A stretch of 64,000 nt of DNA, taken from contig JAQBWH010000002.1 in NCBI GenBank assembly GCA_027624625.1, forward strand, positions 24,271 to 88,270. The letters run 5' to 3'. This document shows positions 1 to 10,384 of this stretch, one piece after another (the first letter of the stretch is position 1; each line of letters starts with the position of its first letter). The notes beneath the pieces were generated by a model. That model was not told the origin of the DNA and made no database searches. It was given only the letters and a program-made list of their open reading frames with translations. Source of the stretch: Verrucomicrobiota bacterium. GTDB lineage: Bacteria; Verrucomicrobiota; Verrucomicrobiia; Chthoniobacterales; JACTMZ01. Made by a program: the position numbers and the translations under genes.

Positions 1-264
1 GCGCCGCCAGAAAAAGCCTTCGCTCGGGGCAGAGTATGCGAGGCGAAACGGCAAGCCTCCCAGGGATCATCTTGCCCGGCCGGGGGATCCTTTTATTCGC
101 AACCGGTGGGGGAAAAGAACCAAGCCGAAGGTGATCGGCAGGATGGAGCGGTGAGGCACAGGATGTTTCATGGTGCGTCCGCTGCGCGGTGGTCCATGGG
201 ATTCCCGGTCATTTGCTGCTTGCCGCGGGGGCGCGGGAGGCGTATTCGGCAAGGCCTTTTTTCG

Positions 265-1002
265 ATGACCGAGCCGCTTCAACCTGAATTCAACGACGCC
301 CAAGTCGCGGCATGGAACCGTGAACTCGGGGGGCAATCCGCGGCCCAGCGCGTGCGCTGGGCCCTCGAAGAGTTCCGCGGCCATGCTGCTTTGAGCACGA
401 GCTTCGGGGTGCAGGCGGCCGTCATGCTGCATTTGGTCACGCGGGTTGACCCGCAGATTCCCGTGGTCTTGGTCGACACCGGCTACCTTTTTGCCGAGAC
501 CTACCGGTTTGCCGCCGAGTTGACGGAAAAGCTGGGGCTGAATTTGAAGGTTTATTCGCCCTTGCTCACTGCAGCGCGTCAGGAGGCGCTTTACGGAAAA
601 CTTTGGGAGCAGGGGATCGAGGGTTTGGAGAAATACGGTCGCCTGAACAAAGTCGAACCGATGAACCGTGCGCTGCAGGATTTGGGGGCCCACGTTTGGA
701 TCGCCGGACTGCGCCGCGAGCATGCCTCGACCCGCGAAGATTTGCCCGTGATCAAACGCCAGAACCGGGTGCTCAAAATTCATCCGATCGTCGACTGGAC
801 CGACCGGCAAGTGGGCGAATACCTCCACGAGCACGGGCTGCCTTACCATCCGCTCTGGGAAAAGGGCTACATCAGCATCGGCGACACGCATAGCACGATG
901 CGATATGCCGACGGGATGAAGGCGGAGGACACGCGTTTCAGCGGATTAAAGCGCGAGTGCGGTCTGCATGAATTGTCGGGCGGGCCCGAGTATATGATTT
1001 GA
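265..1002 (+). CDS. cysH: Phosphoadenylyl-sulfate (PAPS) reductase
   Basis: Motifs [28 protein letters not shown] and C-terminal ECGLH; no CC/CxxC Fe-S motif, so PAPS type. Start taken at ATG 265 inside ORF 106..1002. Confidence 0.93.
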   Translation: MTEPLQPEFNDAQVAAWNRELGGQSAAQRVRWALEEFRGHAALSTSFGVQAAVMLHLVTRVDPQIPVVLVDTGYLFAETYRFAAELTEKLGLNLKVYSPLLTAARQEALYGKLWEQGIEGLEKYGRLNKVEPMNRALQDLGAHVWIAGLRREHASTREDLPVIKRQNRVLKIHPIVDWTDRQVGEYLHEHGLPYHPLWEKGYISIGDTHSTMRYADGMKAEDTRFSGLKRECGLHELSGGPEYMI

Positions 1003-1099
1003 GGGGGAGTTGAGGGTTGAGGGATTTGGTCGACCGCGGTGTCCTCATCACCATTTCGCGAGGGTATCGCGCCGGGACGGCGCAATCCACCGAGCGCGG

Positions 1100-1957
1100 T
1101 CAAAGCAACTCTGACGCGAGTTGGATCGCGGCAAGCATGCTTTGGTGGTTGGCGCGGCCGGTGCCGGCCAAGTCGAAGGCGGTGCCGTGGTCGGGGCTGG
1201 TCCGGGGGTGGGGCAGACCAAGGGTCACGTTCACGCCGGTGTCGAAGGCGAGGAGTTTGAGCGGGATCAGCCCTTGGTCGTGATACATGCAGAGCACGCC
1301 GTCGAATTCCCCGGTCATGGCGCGATGGAAAACGGTGTCCGGCGAGTGCGGCCCGGTGAAGTCACCCTCGCGGGCGAGTTGTTCGATGGCAGGGGCGATG
1401 ATTTTTTTTTCCTCCTGCCCGAATTGCCCGTTCTCACCGGCATGGGGATTGAGTCCGGCCACGGCGATGCGCGGTTTGCGGGCCAGGCGCCGTTGCAGAA
1501 AAGCGTGGAGCAGTTTTCCGGTGCGGACGATTTCTTCGGTGCGGAGCAGGCCGGGCACATCGCGCAGAGGCAGGTGCGCGGTGGCCAGGACCACGGTGAG
1601 CGGTCCGCCGGTCAGGCACATGGCAAAATTTTCCACCCCGGCGCGGGCGGCGAAGAATTCGGTTTGTCCCGGAAAAGGAAAACCGAGGGCGTGGAGGGAG
1701 GCTTTGTGGACCGGGCCGGTGACCACGCCCTGGATGGTGCCGTCTTGCAGAAGCCGCGCGGCTTCCTCGAGGGCATCCCACGCGGCCTGCGCGGAAGCGG
1801 GCGTCGGTTGCCCGGGGGGATGTCCGTCGGCGCGACCGATGAATCGGAAGTCGACGCCGCCGGGCCGTCCGGGGTCGGCGAGGCAGCGGGTGATGAGTTC
1901 CGGTCCGATCCCGGCCGGATCGCCAGTGGTGATTCCGAGAACGGGACGCGCGGGCAC
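1100..1957 (-). CDS. pdxA: 4-hydroxythreonine-4-phosphate dehydrogenase
   Basis: ITTGDPAGIGPE, GQTEFF, LNPHAGE, MYHDQGLIP and RTSPDHGTAFD motifs. Confidence 0.95.
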   Translation of the reverse strand: MPARPVLGITTGDPAGIGPELITRCLADPGRPGGVDFRFIGRADGHPPGQPTPASAQAAWDALEEAARLLQDGTIQGVVTGPVHKASLHALGFPFPGQTEFFAARAGVENFAMCLTGGPLTVVLATAHLPLRDVPGLLRTEEIVRTGKLLHAFLQRRLARKPRIAVAGLNPHAGENGQFGQEEKKIIAPAIEQLAREGDFTGPHSPDTVFHRAMTGEFDGVLCMYHDQGLIPLKLLAFDTGVNVTLGLPHPRTSPDHGTAFDLAGTGRANHQSMLAAIQLASELL

Positions 1958-1959
1958 GC

Positions 1960-2946
1960 TCAGTAGATTTTGACGTAAGCTTTCTCGCGAAGGGTGGCGA
2001 TCCAGCGGTCCTGCATGCGGATGCGTTCTTCCTCGATCAGCTTCTTGGTGATTTCCTCGCGTACTTCCGAGAGGGGTTGTACCACGGCCGGCTTTTTGGC
2101 TTCGATGCGCATGATGTAAAAGGTGTCCCCGACTTGAATGACCTCGCTCAGCGTTCCCGGTTCGATTTCAAAGGCGATTTTGTTGAGCGATCCGGTGAGT
2201 GTGTTCTCGTCGACCCACCCCCAATCACCGCCGAAGTCGGCCGTGCTGTCATCCGAATACATTTGGGCCATGCCGGTAAAATCGCCGCCGCTGGCCAGCT
2301 TTTCGCGTATTTCTTTGGCCATGGCGCGTTTGGCTTCGACCGGGTTGTCCGATCCGTCGAATTCGGGCCGCAGGACGATCATGTTGAGCTTGATTTCCGC
2401 TTGGGTGGAATACTGTTTGAGGTTCTTGCGGTAGTAAGCGTCGACCTTGTCGGGCGAGATAATGAAGTCAGAGCGCACGGCGCGCTGCCGCATGGCTTGC
2501 ACCACGATTTTGTCGCGTTCGATTTCGCGGAAGCGTCCGAGGCTGAAACCCTGGGCCTTGAGGGTGCGGACGAATGCCACTCGGTCGCCGCCGAATTCCT
2601 CGCGGATGATGGTGTTGACCCGGTCTTCGACCACGTAGACCGGGATTTGAAATCCCTCGGTGTTGAAGTAATCGATGATGAGTTGGCGGTCGATGAGGTC
2701 TTTCAGTGCGGCGTCCTGTGATTCCTTCATTTTGGCGCGCAGTTCGTCTCCCTGATAAATTTCGGAGAGGGAGCGCTGGCGGAACATGAGGAGTTCGCGG
2801 ACTTGACCGAAGGTGATGGCGTTTGAATTGACCACGGCGGCGATGCCGTCGACCAACCGGTCGCGCTGCTGGCCTGGGGCGGTGAGCGGGAGCAGGACGA
2901 GGGTGAGGGCAAGGGCACCCGGCAGGAAGCGGACAGCGGTGATCAC
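1960..2946 (-). CDS. SurA/PrsA-like parvulin peptidyl-prolyl isomerase
   Basis: Signal peptide, DGIAAVVN SurA N-domain, AQMYSDD..GGDWGW rotamase motif. GTG start at 2946 overlaps the mfd stop (GTGA). Confidence 0.85.
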   Translation of the reverse strand: MITAVRFLPGALALTLVLLPLTAPGQQRDRLVDGIAAVVNSNAITFGQVRELLMFRQRSLSEIYQGDELRAKMKESQDAALKDLIDRQLIIDYFNTEGFQIPVYVVEDRVNTIIREEFGGDRVAFVRTLKAQGFSLGRFREIERDKIVVQAMRQRAVRSDFIISPDKVDAYYRKNLKQYSTQAEIKLNMIVLRPEFDGSDNPVEAKRAMAKEIREKLASGGDFTGMAQMYSDDSTADFGGDWGWVDENTLTGSLNKIAFEIEPGTLSEVIQVGDTFYIMRIEAKKPAVVQPLSEVREEITKKLIEEERIRMQDRWIATLREKAYVKIY

Positions 2947-5900
2947 AACTTTTGCAAGAGTGTAAGAATCTGGCGCAATTTCAAGGCGGGATCTTCGGAG
3001 TCCAGCCGGGGGTGGCGGTGGCCGATCATGATAAAATCCCCCCCCCGGCGGAAGCGGAGGACTTTTCCCTCTGTCTCGACGAGGTCGATGTTCGCCGCGG
3101 CGGCGCGCAGACGGACCGCGGCGGTCTTGAGAAGGTTCCGGGCGGCGGCCGGGAGGCGCCCGTAGCGGTCGCGCCACTGGTTTTTCAGCTGGTCGAGTCC
3201 GGTGAGGGTTTCCGTCTCGGCCAAGGCCCGGTGGGCGGCGATACGTTCCTTCGGCTCGGCGATATAATCGGGCGGGATCCAGGAGGGTAGTTGCCCGCCG
3301 CGGGCTGTCGCGGGGTCCGGCGCGATGAAGTCGAGGTTGACCTTGATGTCCGGCCGGCCGGGCGCCCTCTCGCCTTTGAGCTTGGCCACCGCCGCTTTGA
3401 GCAGGCGGCAGTAAAATTCGAAACCGATGGCGAGAATGTGCCCGCTTTGTTCGGTGCCGAGGATATTGCCAGCGCCGCGGATTTCGAGGTCGCGCATGGC
3501 GACGCGGAATCCGGCGCCGAGGTTGGAATATTGGCGGATCGCGGCGATACGCTGGCGCGCTTCACCCGCGCCCATCATGTCGCGCGGCAGGAGAAGATAA
3601 GCGTAAGCTTTGTGATTGGAGCGTCCGACGCGTCCGCGCAATTGGTAAAGGTCGGCCAAGCCGAAGCGGTCGGCACGGTCGATGATGATGGTGTTGGCGT
3701 TGGGAATATCGAGGCCGCTCTCAATGATCGTGGTGCAGAGCAGGATGTCGGCCCGGCCGGCGACAAAGGTGGCCATGATGTCCTCGAGTTCCTCTTCGGG
3801 CATTTGGCCGTGTCCGGTCAGGATACGTGCGTCGGGCAGGAGTTCTTTCAGTCGTTTTTCAAGCAGGCCGATCGATTTGACCCGGTTGTGCAAGAAGTAG
3901 ACCTGGCCCCCTCGGGTCAGCTCGCGTTGGATCGCATCACGGATGAGCCGTTCGTCATAGCCGCAGATGACCGTCTCGACCGGTATGCGGTTGGCCGGCG
4001 GTGTTTCGATCGTGCTCATGTCACGCGCCCCGAGCAGGGAAAGATAAAGCGTGCGGGGGATGGGGGTGGCCGAGAGGGTAAGAACATCGACGCCGCTGAA
4101 GTTTTCTTTCAGCCGTTCCTTGTGCAATACGCCAAAGCGCTGTTCCTCGTCGACCACGACGAGTCCGAGATTCTTGAAGAAGACATCTTTGCCGAGCAGG
4201 CGGTGGGTGCCGACCACGATGTCGACACTGCCATCGCGCAATCCGGCCAAGGTTTGTTTTTGCTGTCTGGCCGTGCGAAAGCGGCTGAGCAATCCCACGG
4301 TGACGGGGTAGTCGGACATCCGTTCGCGCAGGGTCTGCCAGTGTTGCTGGGCCAACACGGTGGTGGGGGCGAGCAGGGCGACTTGCCGGCCGCCCATGAC
4401 GGCTTTGAAAGCCGCCCGGATGGCGACTTCGGTTTTGCCGAAGCCGACGTCGCCGCAGATGAGTCGGTCCATCGGCTTGGTCGATTCCATGTCGGTTTTG
4501 GCGTCGATGATGGCGCGGAGTTGGTCGGGGGTTTCGTCGAAGGGGAACGAGTCTTCAAATTCGCGTTGCCAAGCGTTGTCCGGGGGAAAGACGACGCCGG
4601 TCTCGAGTTCCCGTTCGGCCTGCACGCGGAGGAGTTTCTCGGCGTAAACCAGGACGGACTTTTCCGCCTTGCTCCGCGCGCGTTGCCAGCGGCCGTCCCC
4701 CAGTTCGCTCAGCGCGGGATTTTTCCGACCGACCCCGACATAACGGGAAACTTTCCACCCCTGCTCGAGCGGTACGTAGAGTTTCGACCCGCGGGCGAAT
4801 TCCAGGGTGAGGACTTCACCGGCGTCCTCTTGTCCGGGCAGCACCTGCAGCCCGCGGTAGCGCGCGATGCCGCAATCGAGATGGACCACGAGGTCGTCGG
4901 TCTCGAAATCGTCGAAGCGCAAAGTTTGGCGCGAGAGGGCGGCGCGGGCACGGGCCCAACCGCCCCGGCGCTGTTCCAAACTGGCCGCGCGGCCGAAGAG
5001 TTCGGCATCGGTGAGGAGGGCCAGTTTGGCCTCCGGCAGGGTGAATCCGCGGGTCAGGGTGCCCAAGACCACGGGCAATTCGCGCGGGGCAATTTCTGCG
5101 GAAGCAGCCAACTCGCGTAACCGCGTCGCTTCACCTTCGTTGGTGCAGACGATGCGCACCGTCCATCCGTCGGCCTGCCATTGCCCGATCTGGCGGAAAA
5201 GATCGCGGCGGCGTTGCTCGAGAAGAACAATATCCCCCGCGGCGAAATCCCCGAGCGGGTGGTCGGTGGCGAGGAGGTCGAACTCTTCGTCGCCGGCCAG
5301 CACGGGCCGGGAATGAAGCTGGGCCGGTGTCTCCGGTGCCGCGTCCTCGACCGAGAGGAAAAGCGTGTCGGGGGCGAAGTGCTCGCGCGGGGTGGCGTCA
5401 TCCGTTCCACCCCCGTCCCCGAGGCCGAGTTCGCAACTTTCGAGCGTTTCGACCGAGCGTTGGGAGTCGGGATCGTAGGAGCGGATGGATTCAATTTCGT
5501 CGCCGAAAAATTCGAGGCGCAAGGGCAGGACGGTCTGCCACGGGAAGACATCGACGATGCCGCCGCGCACCGCGTAGTTGCCGCGTTGCGCCGCCGTGGG
5601 GACGCGGGTAAAGCCGGTGCGGTCCAGTTGCGCGATGAGGTCGGCCAGCGGCCGTGTTTCTCCCCGCCGGAGAATGACGGTGTCGCCGGCTAGCTTTTGC
5701 CGCGACGGTGCGGGGTGCTCGAGCCCGTCTGCGGTCACGACGACGAGCGGCGGCGGGGTGGTGTCGAGTTCGCGCAGCGCGGCGAGGCGGGCGGCGGCCA
5801 TTTCGGGATCCGGGTTGCCCACCCCCGCGGCGGCCAGTTCCAGATCCGGCATGAAGAGGGCGCGTTCGTTCCAGAATTGCAGGTCGTGGTGGAATTCCTC

Positions 5901-6089
5901 CTGACGTTTGACGTCGGGACAAATCACGCAAACCGGCCGCTCTAGTCGGGCGGCCAACCATGCGGCAAGGAATGGCTGGGCCGGGGCGGCGGTACCTCCG
6001 GCCACGGCGGGCGCACCCCGGCGGATGGCCTCAAGCCAGGCCCGCGCGGCGGCGCTGGCTTCGCCGGCGGAAAGAAGCTCGTGGTTCAC
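2943..6089 (-). CDS. mfd: Transcription-repair coupling factor
   Basis: RGGIVDVFP, CarD-like VVHLDCGIARY, DRLICGDVGFGKTEVA, DEEQRFG, SATPIPRT, QLRGRVGR, DLEIRGAGNILG. GTG start at 6089 overlaps the upstream stop. Confidence 0.96.
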   Translation of the reverse strand: MNHELLSAGEASAAARAWLEAIRRGAPAVAGGTAAPAQPFLAAWLAARLERPVCVICPDVKRQEEFHHDLQFWNERALFMPDLELAAAGVGNPDPEMAAARLAALRELDTTPPPLVVVTADGLEHPAPSRQKLAGDTVILRRGETRPLADLIAQLDRTGFTRVPTAAQRGNYAVRGGIVDVFPWQTVLPLRLEFFGDEIESIRSYDPDSQRSVETLESCELGLGDGGGTDDATPREHFAPDTLFLSVEDAAPETPAQLHSRPVLAGDEEFDLLATDHPLGDFAAGDIVLLEQRRRDLFRQIGQWQADGWTVRIVCTNEGEATRLRELAASAEIAPRELPVVLGTLTRGFTLPEAKLALLTDAELFGRAASLEQRRGGWARARAALSRQTLRFDDFETDDLVVHLDCGIARYRGLQVLPGQEDAGEVLTLEFARGSKLYVPLEQGWKVSRYVGVGRKNPALSELGDGRWQRARSKAEKSVLVYAEKLLRVQAERELETGVVFPPDNAWQREFEDSFPFDETPDQLRAIIDAKTDMESTKPMDRLICGDVGFGKTEVAIRAAFKAVMGGRQVALLAPTTVLAQQHWQTLRERMSDYPVTVGLLSRFRTARQQKQTLAGLRDGSVDIVVGTHRLLGKDVFFKNLGLVVVDEEQRFGVLHKERLKENFSGVDVLTLSATPIPRTLYLSLLGARDMSTIETPPANRIPVETVICGYDERLIRDAIQRELTRGGQVYFLHNRVKSIGLLEKRLKELLPDARILTGHGQMPEEELEDIMATFVAGRADILLCTTIIESGLDIPNANTIIIDRADRFGLADLYQLRGRVGRSNHKAYAYLLLPRDMMGAGEARQRIAAIRQYSNLGAGFRVAMRDLEIRGAGNILGTEQSGHILAIGFEFYCRLLKAAVAKLKGERAPGRPDIKVNLDFIAPDPATARGGQLPSWIPPDYIAEPKERIAAHRALAETETLTGLDQLKNQWRDRYGRLPAAARNLLKTAAVRLRAAAANIDLVETEGKVLRFRRGGDFIMIGHRHPRLDSEDPALKLRQILTLLQKL

Positions 6090-6868
6090 GGCACGATGTT
6101 TTCGCGGAGGAAGGTGGCGCGCAAGGCGCGGCCGAGAGGGCCGGGGGTGATGGCTTCGCATTGCAGGGGCATGACGCCGAGCCGGCTGTTGGTCAGGAAA
6201 AGTTCGCTTGCTTCGGGAAGGCGCGCGGCGGGAAATTTTACTTCGCGCACGGTCTGATCTTGCATGAGGCGGGAACGGATGACCCCGGGGCGGACGGCCA
6301 GGGCGAGCGACGGGGTGCAGAGTTGGCCGTCGAGGACGAAGAAGAGGTTGCCGAAGGCGGCGGAAAGCAGATTGCCGTCGTGGTCGGCAAGGAGGGCATG
6401 ATGGCAACCGGCCTGCCGAGCGGAGGTCTGCGCCGCGCAGTTCAGCCAGTAGTTCGCCGTTTTCCTTCCGGACGCGAATGGGGCGACCGGTTCGGGGTGC
6501 AAACGCGCGGTTTGCTCGTCCGTCCTGCCGGCGGGATCGTGCGGTTCGAAAAGGGCGAAGAGGCGCGGTGCGGAAACGGGCGCGGTGGGAGCTCCGTCGC
6601 CGGCCGTGAGGTAGAGGCGGAGGACGCCGGTGGCGTCGAGAGACAGGGCCGGCAGTTGGATTTCGGGAAGGGTTGTGCCGAGGAGGTCCGCACCGCTTGC
6701 GGCAAGCAGGGCGAGATGCTCGGCCAGCAGGAGCGGTTTACCCGCGCGAAGGCCGATGGTTTCAAAGACGGACATGCCGTAGCGCACGCCGCGGTCGGTG
6801 AGGGGAAGGTCCGCACCCGGCTGCCATGAGCCGTCGCTACGGAGCCAGGCGCGCGGGGCGCTTTTCAC
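6086..6868 (-). CDS. Class IV PLP aminotransferase (PabC/IlvE-like)
   Basis: DRGVRYGMSVFET, KTANY, PGVIR and FLTNS motifs. Confidence 0.85.
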   Translation of the reverse strand: MKSAPRAWLRSDGSWQPGADLPLTDRGVRYGMSVFETIGLRAGKPLLLAEHLALLAASGADLLGTTLPEIQLPALSLDATGVLRLYLTAGDGAPTAPVSAPRLFALFEPHDPAGRTDEQTARLHPEPVAPFASGRKTANYWLNCAAQTSARQAGCHHALLADHDGNLLSAAFGNLFFVLDGQLCTPSLALAVRPGVIRSRLMQDQTVREVKFPAARLPEASELFLTNSRLGVMPLQCEAITPGPLGRALRATFLRENIVP

Positions 6869-8289
6869 GCGAGGGCGCCGCGCAAATGTTCGAGGCGTTT
6901 GCGCAGGGTGGCGCGGGTGATGCCGAGAAGCTTGGCTGCGCGCACTTGGTTGCTCCCCGTGGATTCCATGGCGCGGCGGGTGAATTCCTGCTCGAGCCAG
7001 GGGAGAAGTTCGAGCCCGGGCTGCGCGGCGGCCGCCTCGAAAAGCACGCGGGCGGCCTCGTCGAGATTGGCCGGTGCGGGAACCGCGACGAACGCTTCAC
7101 CGGGTGGCGCGGTGGCGGCTTGTCCCAGCGGCAGATCTTTGGGCAGGAGGACGTCGCTGGTTGAAAGGACGGCGGCCCGCTGGATGGTATTTTCCAATTC
7201 GCGGACGTTGCCCGGCCAAGGATGGTTCTCGAGCAACTCGACCGATTCCTGGCTCAGCTGGAGCTGCGGCTTGAGTTTTTGGGTCGCGATGCGCTTGAGG
7301 AAATACTCGGCGAGAAGACGGATGTCTTCCTTGCGGCTGCGCAGTGGCGGGAGGTGCAGACGGACGACATTGAGCCGGTAAAAAAGATCCTCGCGGAATT
7401 TTTTGTCGGCCACTTCGGCCTCGAGGTTTTTGTTCGTCGCGGCGACGATGCGAACGTCGGTCTGGATGGTCTGGTTGCCGCCGACGCGGGAGAAGGTTCC
7501 GTCCTGCAGGACGCGCAGGAGTTTGCTCTGGATGGAGAGCGGCATATCGCCGATCTCGTCGAGAAAGAGAGTGCCGCCATCGCACTGCTCGAAGCGTCCG
7601 ATACGTTGGGCGCTGGCCCCGGTGAAGGAGCCTTTTTCGTGGCCGAAGAGTTCGCTTTCGAGGAGGTTTTCCGGGATGGCCGCGCAATTGATGGCAAGGA
7701 ACGGACGGTCGTGTCGCGCGCTATATTGGTGGATGGCCCGGGCCACGAGTTCCTTCCCCGAGCCGCTTTCGCCGGTGATCATGACGGCGGCATCGCTGTT
7801 CGAGATGCGGCCGACCATTTTGAAAACCTCCTGCATGGCGGCGGACTGACCAACGATGCTGTCTTGATGCTGCTCGAGGCTGAGGGTGGGTTCGAAAGGT
7901 TTGGCCAGGCGCATTTCGGCGGCGACTTTGAGCGCGGAGTCGACCACGATTTTCAGGTTGAAGGGCAACTGCTCTTTGCGCACGAAATCGAAGGCGCCGA
8001 GGCGCATCGATTCGATGACGCTCTGCGTGGTGCCGAGGGCCCCGGTGATGACGACCAGCGCGTTGGCATCCCGCTTGCGCAGACGGGCGAGCAGTTCCAA
8101 GCCGCTGTGGATGCCGAGCCGCATCTCGGTAATGACAATGAGAGGGTTCTCTGCGCAGAAAACTTTGAAGGCCTCTTCGGAGCTTTCCGCGGTGAGGACG
8201 CGGACATCCTCGGCGGCCAACTGGCTGCGGGCCCAATCGAGAAAGTCGGAATCGGGGTCGACGACAAGAACTGTCTGCTTCGCGGGCAT
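6865..8289 (-). CDS. Sigma54-dependent response regulator (NtrC family: REC-AAA+-Fis HTH)
   Basis: GESGSGKE, ESELFGHEKGSFTGA, FLDEIG, REDLFYRLNV, WPGNVREL and C-terminal AAKLLGITRATLRKR. Confidence 0.93.
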   Translation of the reverse strand: MPAKQTVLVVDPDSDFLDWARSQLAAEDVRVLTAESSEEAFKVFCAENPLIVITEMRLGIHSGLELLARLRKRDANALVVITGALGTTQSVIESMRLGAFDFVRKEQLPFNLKIVVDSALKVAAEMRLAKPFEPTLSLEQHQDSIVGQSAAMQEVFKMVGRISNSDAAVMITGESGSGKELVARAIHQYSARHDRPFLAINCAAIPENLLESELFGHEKGSFTGASAQRIGRFEQCDGGTLFLDEIGDMPLSIQSKLLRVLQDGTFSRVGGNQTIQTDVRIVAATNKNLEAEVADKKFREDLFYRLNVVRLHLPPLRSRKEDIRLLAEYFLKRIATQKLKPQLQLSQESVELLENHPWPGNVRELENTIQRAAVLSTSDVLLPKDLPLGQAATAPPGEAFVAVPAPANLDEAARVLFEAAAAQPGLELLPWLEQEFTRRAMESTGSNQVRAAKLLGITRATLRKRLEHLRGALA

Positions 8290-8300
8290 GGGCAAACCTG

Positions 8301-9026
8301 TCAGATGCCTCCGTATCGGCGGTGACGTCCAGCATATTCCCGGATTGCGGCGAAAAGATCATCCCGGCCGAATTGCGGCCAAAGTTTCGGCGTGACCACG
8401 ATTTCGGCGTAGCTGATTTGCCAGAGGAGAAAATTCGAAACCCGCATTTCACCGGAGGTGCGGATGAGGAGGTCGGGGTCGGGGAGTGCCGCGGTGTAAA
8501 GACGGGAGGTGATGGTTTCTTCGGTCACGGCATCAGGATCGAGGCTCCCGTCACGCACCTCGCGGGCTATCGTGCGCGCCGCGTCGGTGATCTCGGCGCG
8601 CGCGCTGTAGCTGAGGGCGAGGGTGAGAGTCATTGCGGTGTTTCCGGCCGACTTCTCCATTGCGGTATCGAGCCGCCGCCGCGTGTTCTCGGGCAAATCA
8701 TCGAGGTGCCCGATAGCGCGCAGGCGGACGTTGCGCTCCATGATTTCAGCCGTGCGCTCGGCGAGGAAACGGTCGAGCAGATTCATCAGGGCCTTGACCT
8801 CGTCGGGCGGACGTTGCCAGTTCTCCTTGCTGAAAGCGTAGAGGGTGAGGTGGGAAACGCCGGCCTCGATGCATGCGGCGGCGCAGGCCCGCACCGCTTC
8901 GGACCCGCGGCGGTGCCCTTCGATGCGGGGCAAACCGCGCTCGCGGGCCCAGCGTCCGTTGCCGTCCATAATGATCGCGATGTGGCGCGGGATTTTGTCG
9001 GCCGATATTCCGGTCGGGTTGCTCAC
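8301..9026 (-). CDS. uppS: Undecaprenyl diphosphate synthase (isoprenyl transferase)
   Basis: HIAIIMDGNGRWA, YAFSKENW, DLLIRTSGEMRVSNFLLWQ, RRYGG. GTG start overlaps the purA stop. Confidence 0.95.
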   Translation of the reverse strand: MSNPTGISADKIPRHIAIIMDGNGRWARERGLPRIEGHRRGSEAVRACAAACIEAGVSHLTLYAFSKENWQRPPDEVKALMNLLDRFLAERTAEIMERNVRLRAIGHLDDLPENTRRRLDTAMEKSAGNTAMTLTLALSYSARAEITDAARTIAREVRDGSLDPDAVTEETITSRLYTAALPDPDLLIRTSGEMRVSNFLLWQISYAEIVVTPKLWPQFGRDDLFAAIREYAGRHRRYGGI

Positions 9027-10291
9027 AGCCGGATGGTCTCGTCGTGTGCGGCGCCGATACTGACAATGGAAAGCTTTGCCCCGGTCAATTCCGCGAGGGC
9101 CTTGGCGTAGACACGGGCGGCGGGGGGCAACTGGCCGAAGCGGCGCGCTTTCGAAGTGTCCTTCATCCAACCGCGGAAGGTGCGGTAGACCGGACGGCAG
9201 AGGGCCCAGTCGGCCGCGCTGGTCGGCGGGTGTTTGAGCGTTTTGCCGCCGAGTCGGTAAGCGGTGCAGACTTTGATCACCGGGACGTGGTCGAGTCCGT
9301 CGAGATTGGTGATGGCCAGTTCATCGATGCCGTTGATCATCGCGGCATAACGGGTGGCCACGGCATCGAACCATCCGCAACGCCGGGCGCGCCCGGTGGT
9401 CGCCCCGTATTCGCGGCCCATGCCATGGAGCAACTCGGAGACGTCTTCGTTCTCGGTCGGAAACGGTCCTTCGCCGACGCGCGTGGTGTAAGCTTTCATC
9501 ACCCCGATGACTTTGTCCATGCGGTGCGGCGGCACGCCGGAACCGGTGCAGGCGCCGCCGGCTGTGGTGTTCGAACTGGTAACGAACGGGTAGGTGCCGT
9601 GGTCGAGGTCGAGGTAAGTGCCTTGGGCTCCCTCGAAGAGGAGGCCGCGGCCGCGGGCCATGACGCCATGGAGCCAGACGACTGTATTGGTGACGAACGG
9701 GCGCAGTGTTTTGGCTGCGGCGAGGTAATGGCGGAGCGAAGGCTGCAGCGGGATGGGCTTCGCGCCCATTGTGCGCAGGACGGCATTGTTTTCCCGCTGG
9801 CGTGCTTTGAATTTTTCGGCGAATTCCTTGGGGTCAAGCAGATCGCCGACCCGCAGCCCGGTGCGCGCCGCTTTGTCACCGTAGGCCGGACCGATGCCGC
9901 GCTTGGTCGTGCCGATTTTGTTTTTCCCTTTACGCTGTTCGCGGGCTTCGTCCAAGGCGTGGTGCCAGGGCATGACGAGGTGGGCTCCATCGCTGAGCAG
10001 GAGGTTTTTCCCCACGGGAATTCCTTGTTTGCGCAGCCCGGTGATTTCGGCGACGAGGGCCAGCGGGTCGACCACGACACCATTGGCAATGACGCACGTT
10101 TTGCCGCGCCGCAGGATACCGCTGGGGATGAGGTGGAGGACGAATTTCCTCTTGCCGTGCACGATGGTGTGGCCGGCGTTGTTGCCGCCTTGCGTGCGGA
10201 CGACGGCATCGGCCTCGTCGGTGAGGTAATCGATGATTTTGCCTTTGCCTTCGTCACCCCACTGGGCGCCGACAAGGATTGTGTTAGCCAT
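9023..10291 (-). CDS. purA: Adenylosuccinate synthetase
   Basis: GAQWGDEGKGK, QGGNNAGHT, GTTKRGIGPAY, EGAQG, TTGRARRCGW. Confidence 0.98.
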   Translation of the reverse strand: MANTILVGAQWGDEGKGKIIDYLTDEADAVVRTQGGNNAGHTIVHGKRKFVLHLIPSGILRRGKTCVIANGVVVDPLALVAEITGLRKQGIPVGKNLLLSDGAHLVMPWHHALDEAREQRKGKNKIGTTKRGIGPAYGDKAARTGLRVGDLLDPKEFAEKFKARQRENNAVLRTMGAKPIPLQPSLRHYLAAAKTLRPFVTNTVVWLHGVMARGRGLLFEGAQGTYLDLDHGTYPFVTSSNTTAGGACTGSGVPPHRMDKVIGVMKAYTTRVGEGPFPTENEDVSELLHGMGREYGATTGRARRCGWFDAVATRYAAMINGIDELAITNLDGLDHVPVIKVCTAYRLGGKTLKHPPTSAADWALCRPVYRTFRGWMKDTSKARRFGQLPPAARVYAKALAELTGAKLSIVSIGAAHDETIRL

Positions 10292-10384
10292 AATATTTGG
10301 TCGGGACGAAGGCTCCTGACCCGCGCCGCAAATGGGTATCATTCTGACCAAGCAGCGGTGGGCGGCAAGAATAACCTCGCCGCT

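Noticed and set aside
3291-5120. 609-aa plus-strand ORF (and similar long antisense ORFs at 9044..11221, 24679..26703, 52427..54064)
   Set aside because: Antisense shadows of well-supported genes; expected with high-GC codon bias; no motifs.
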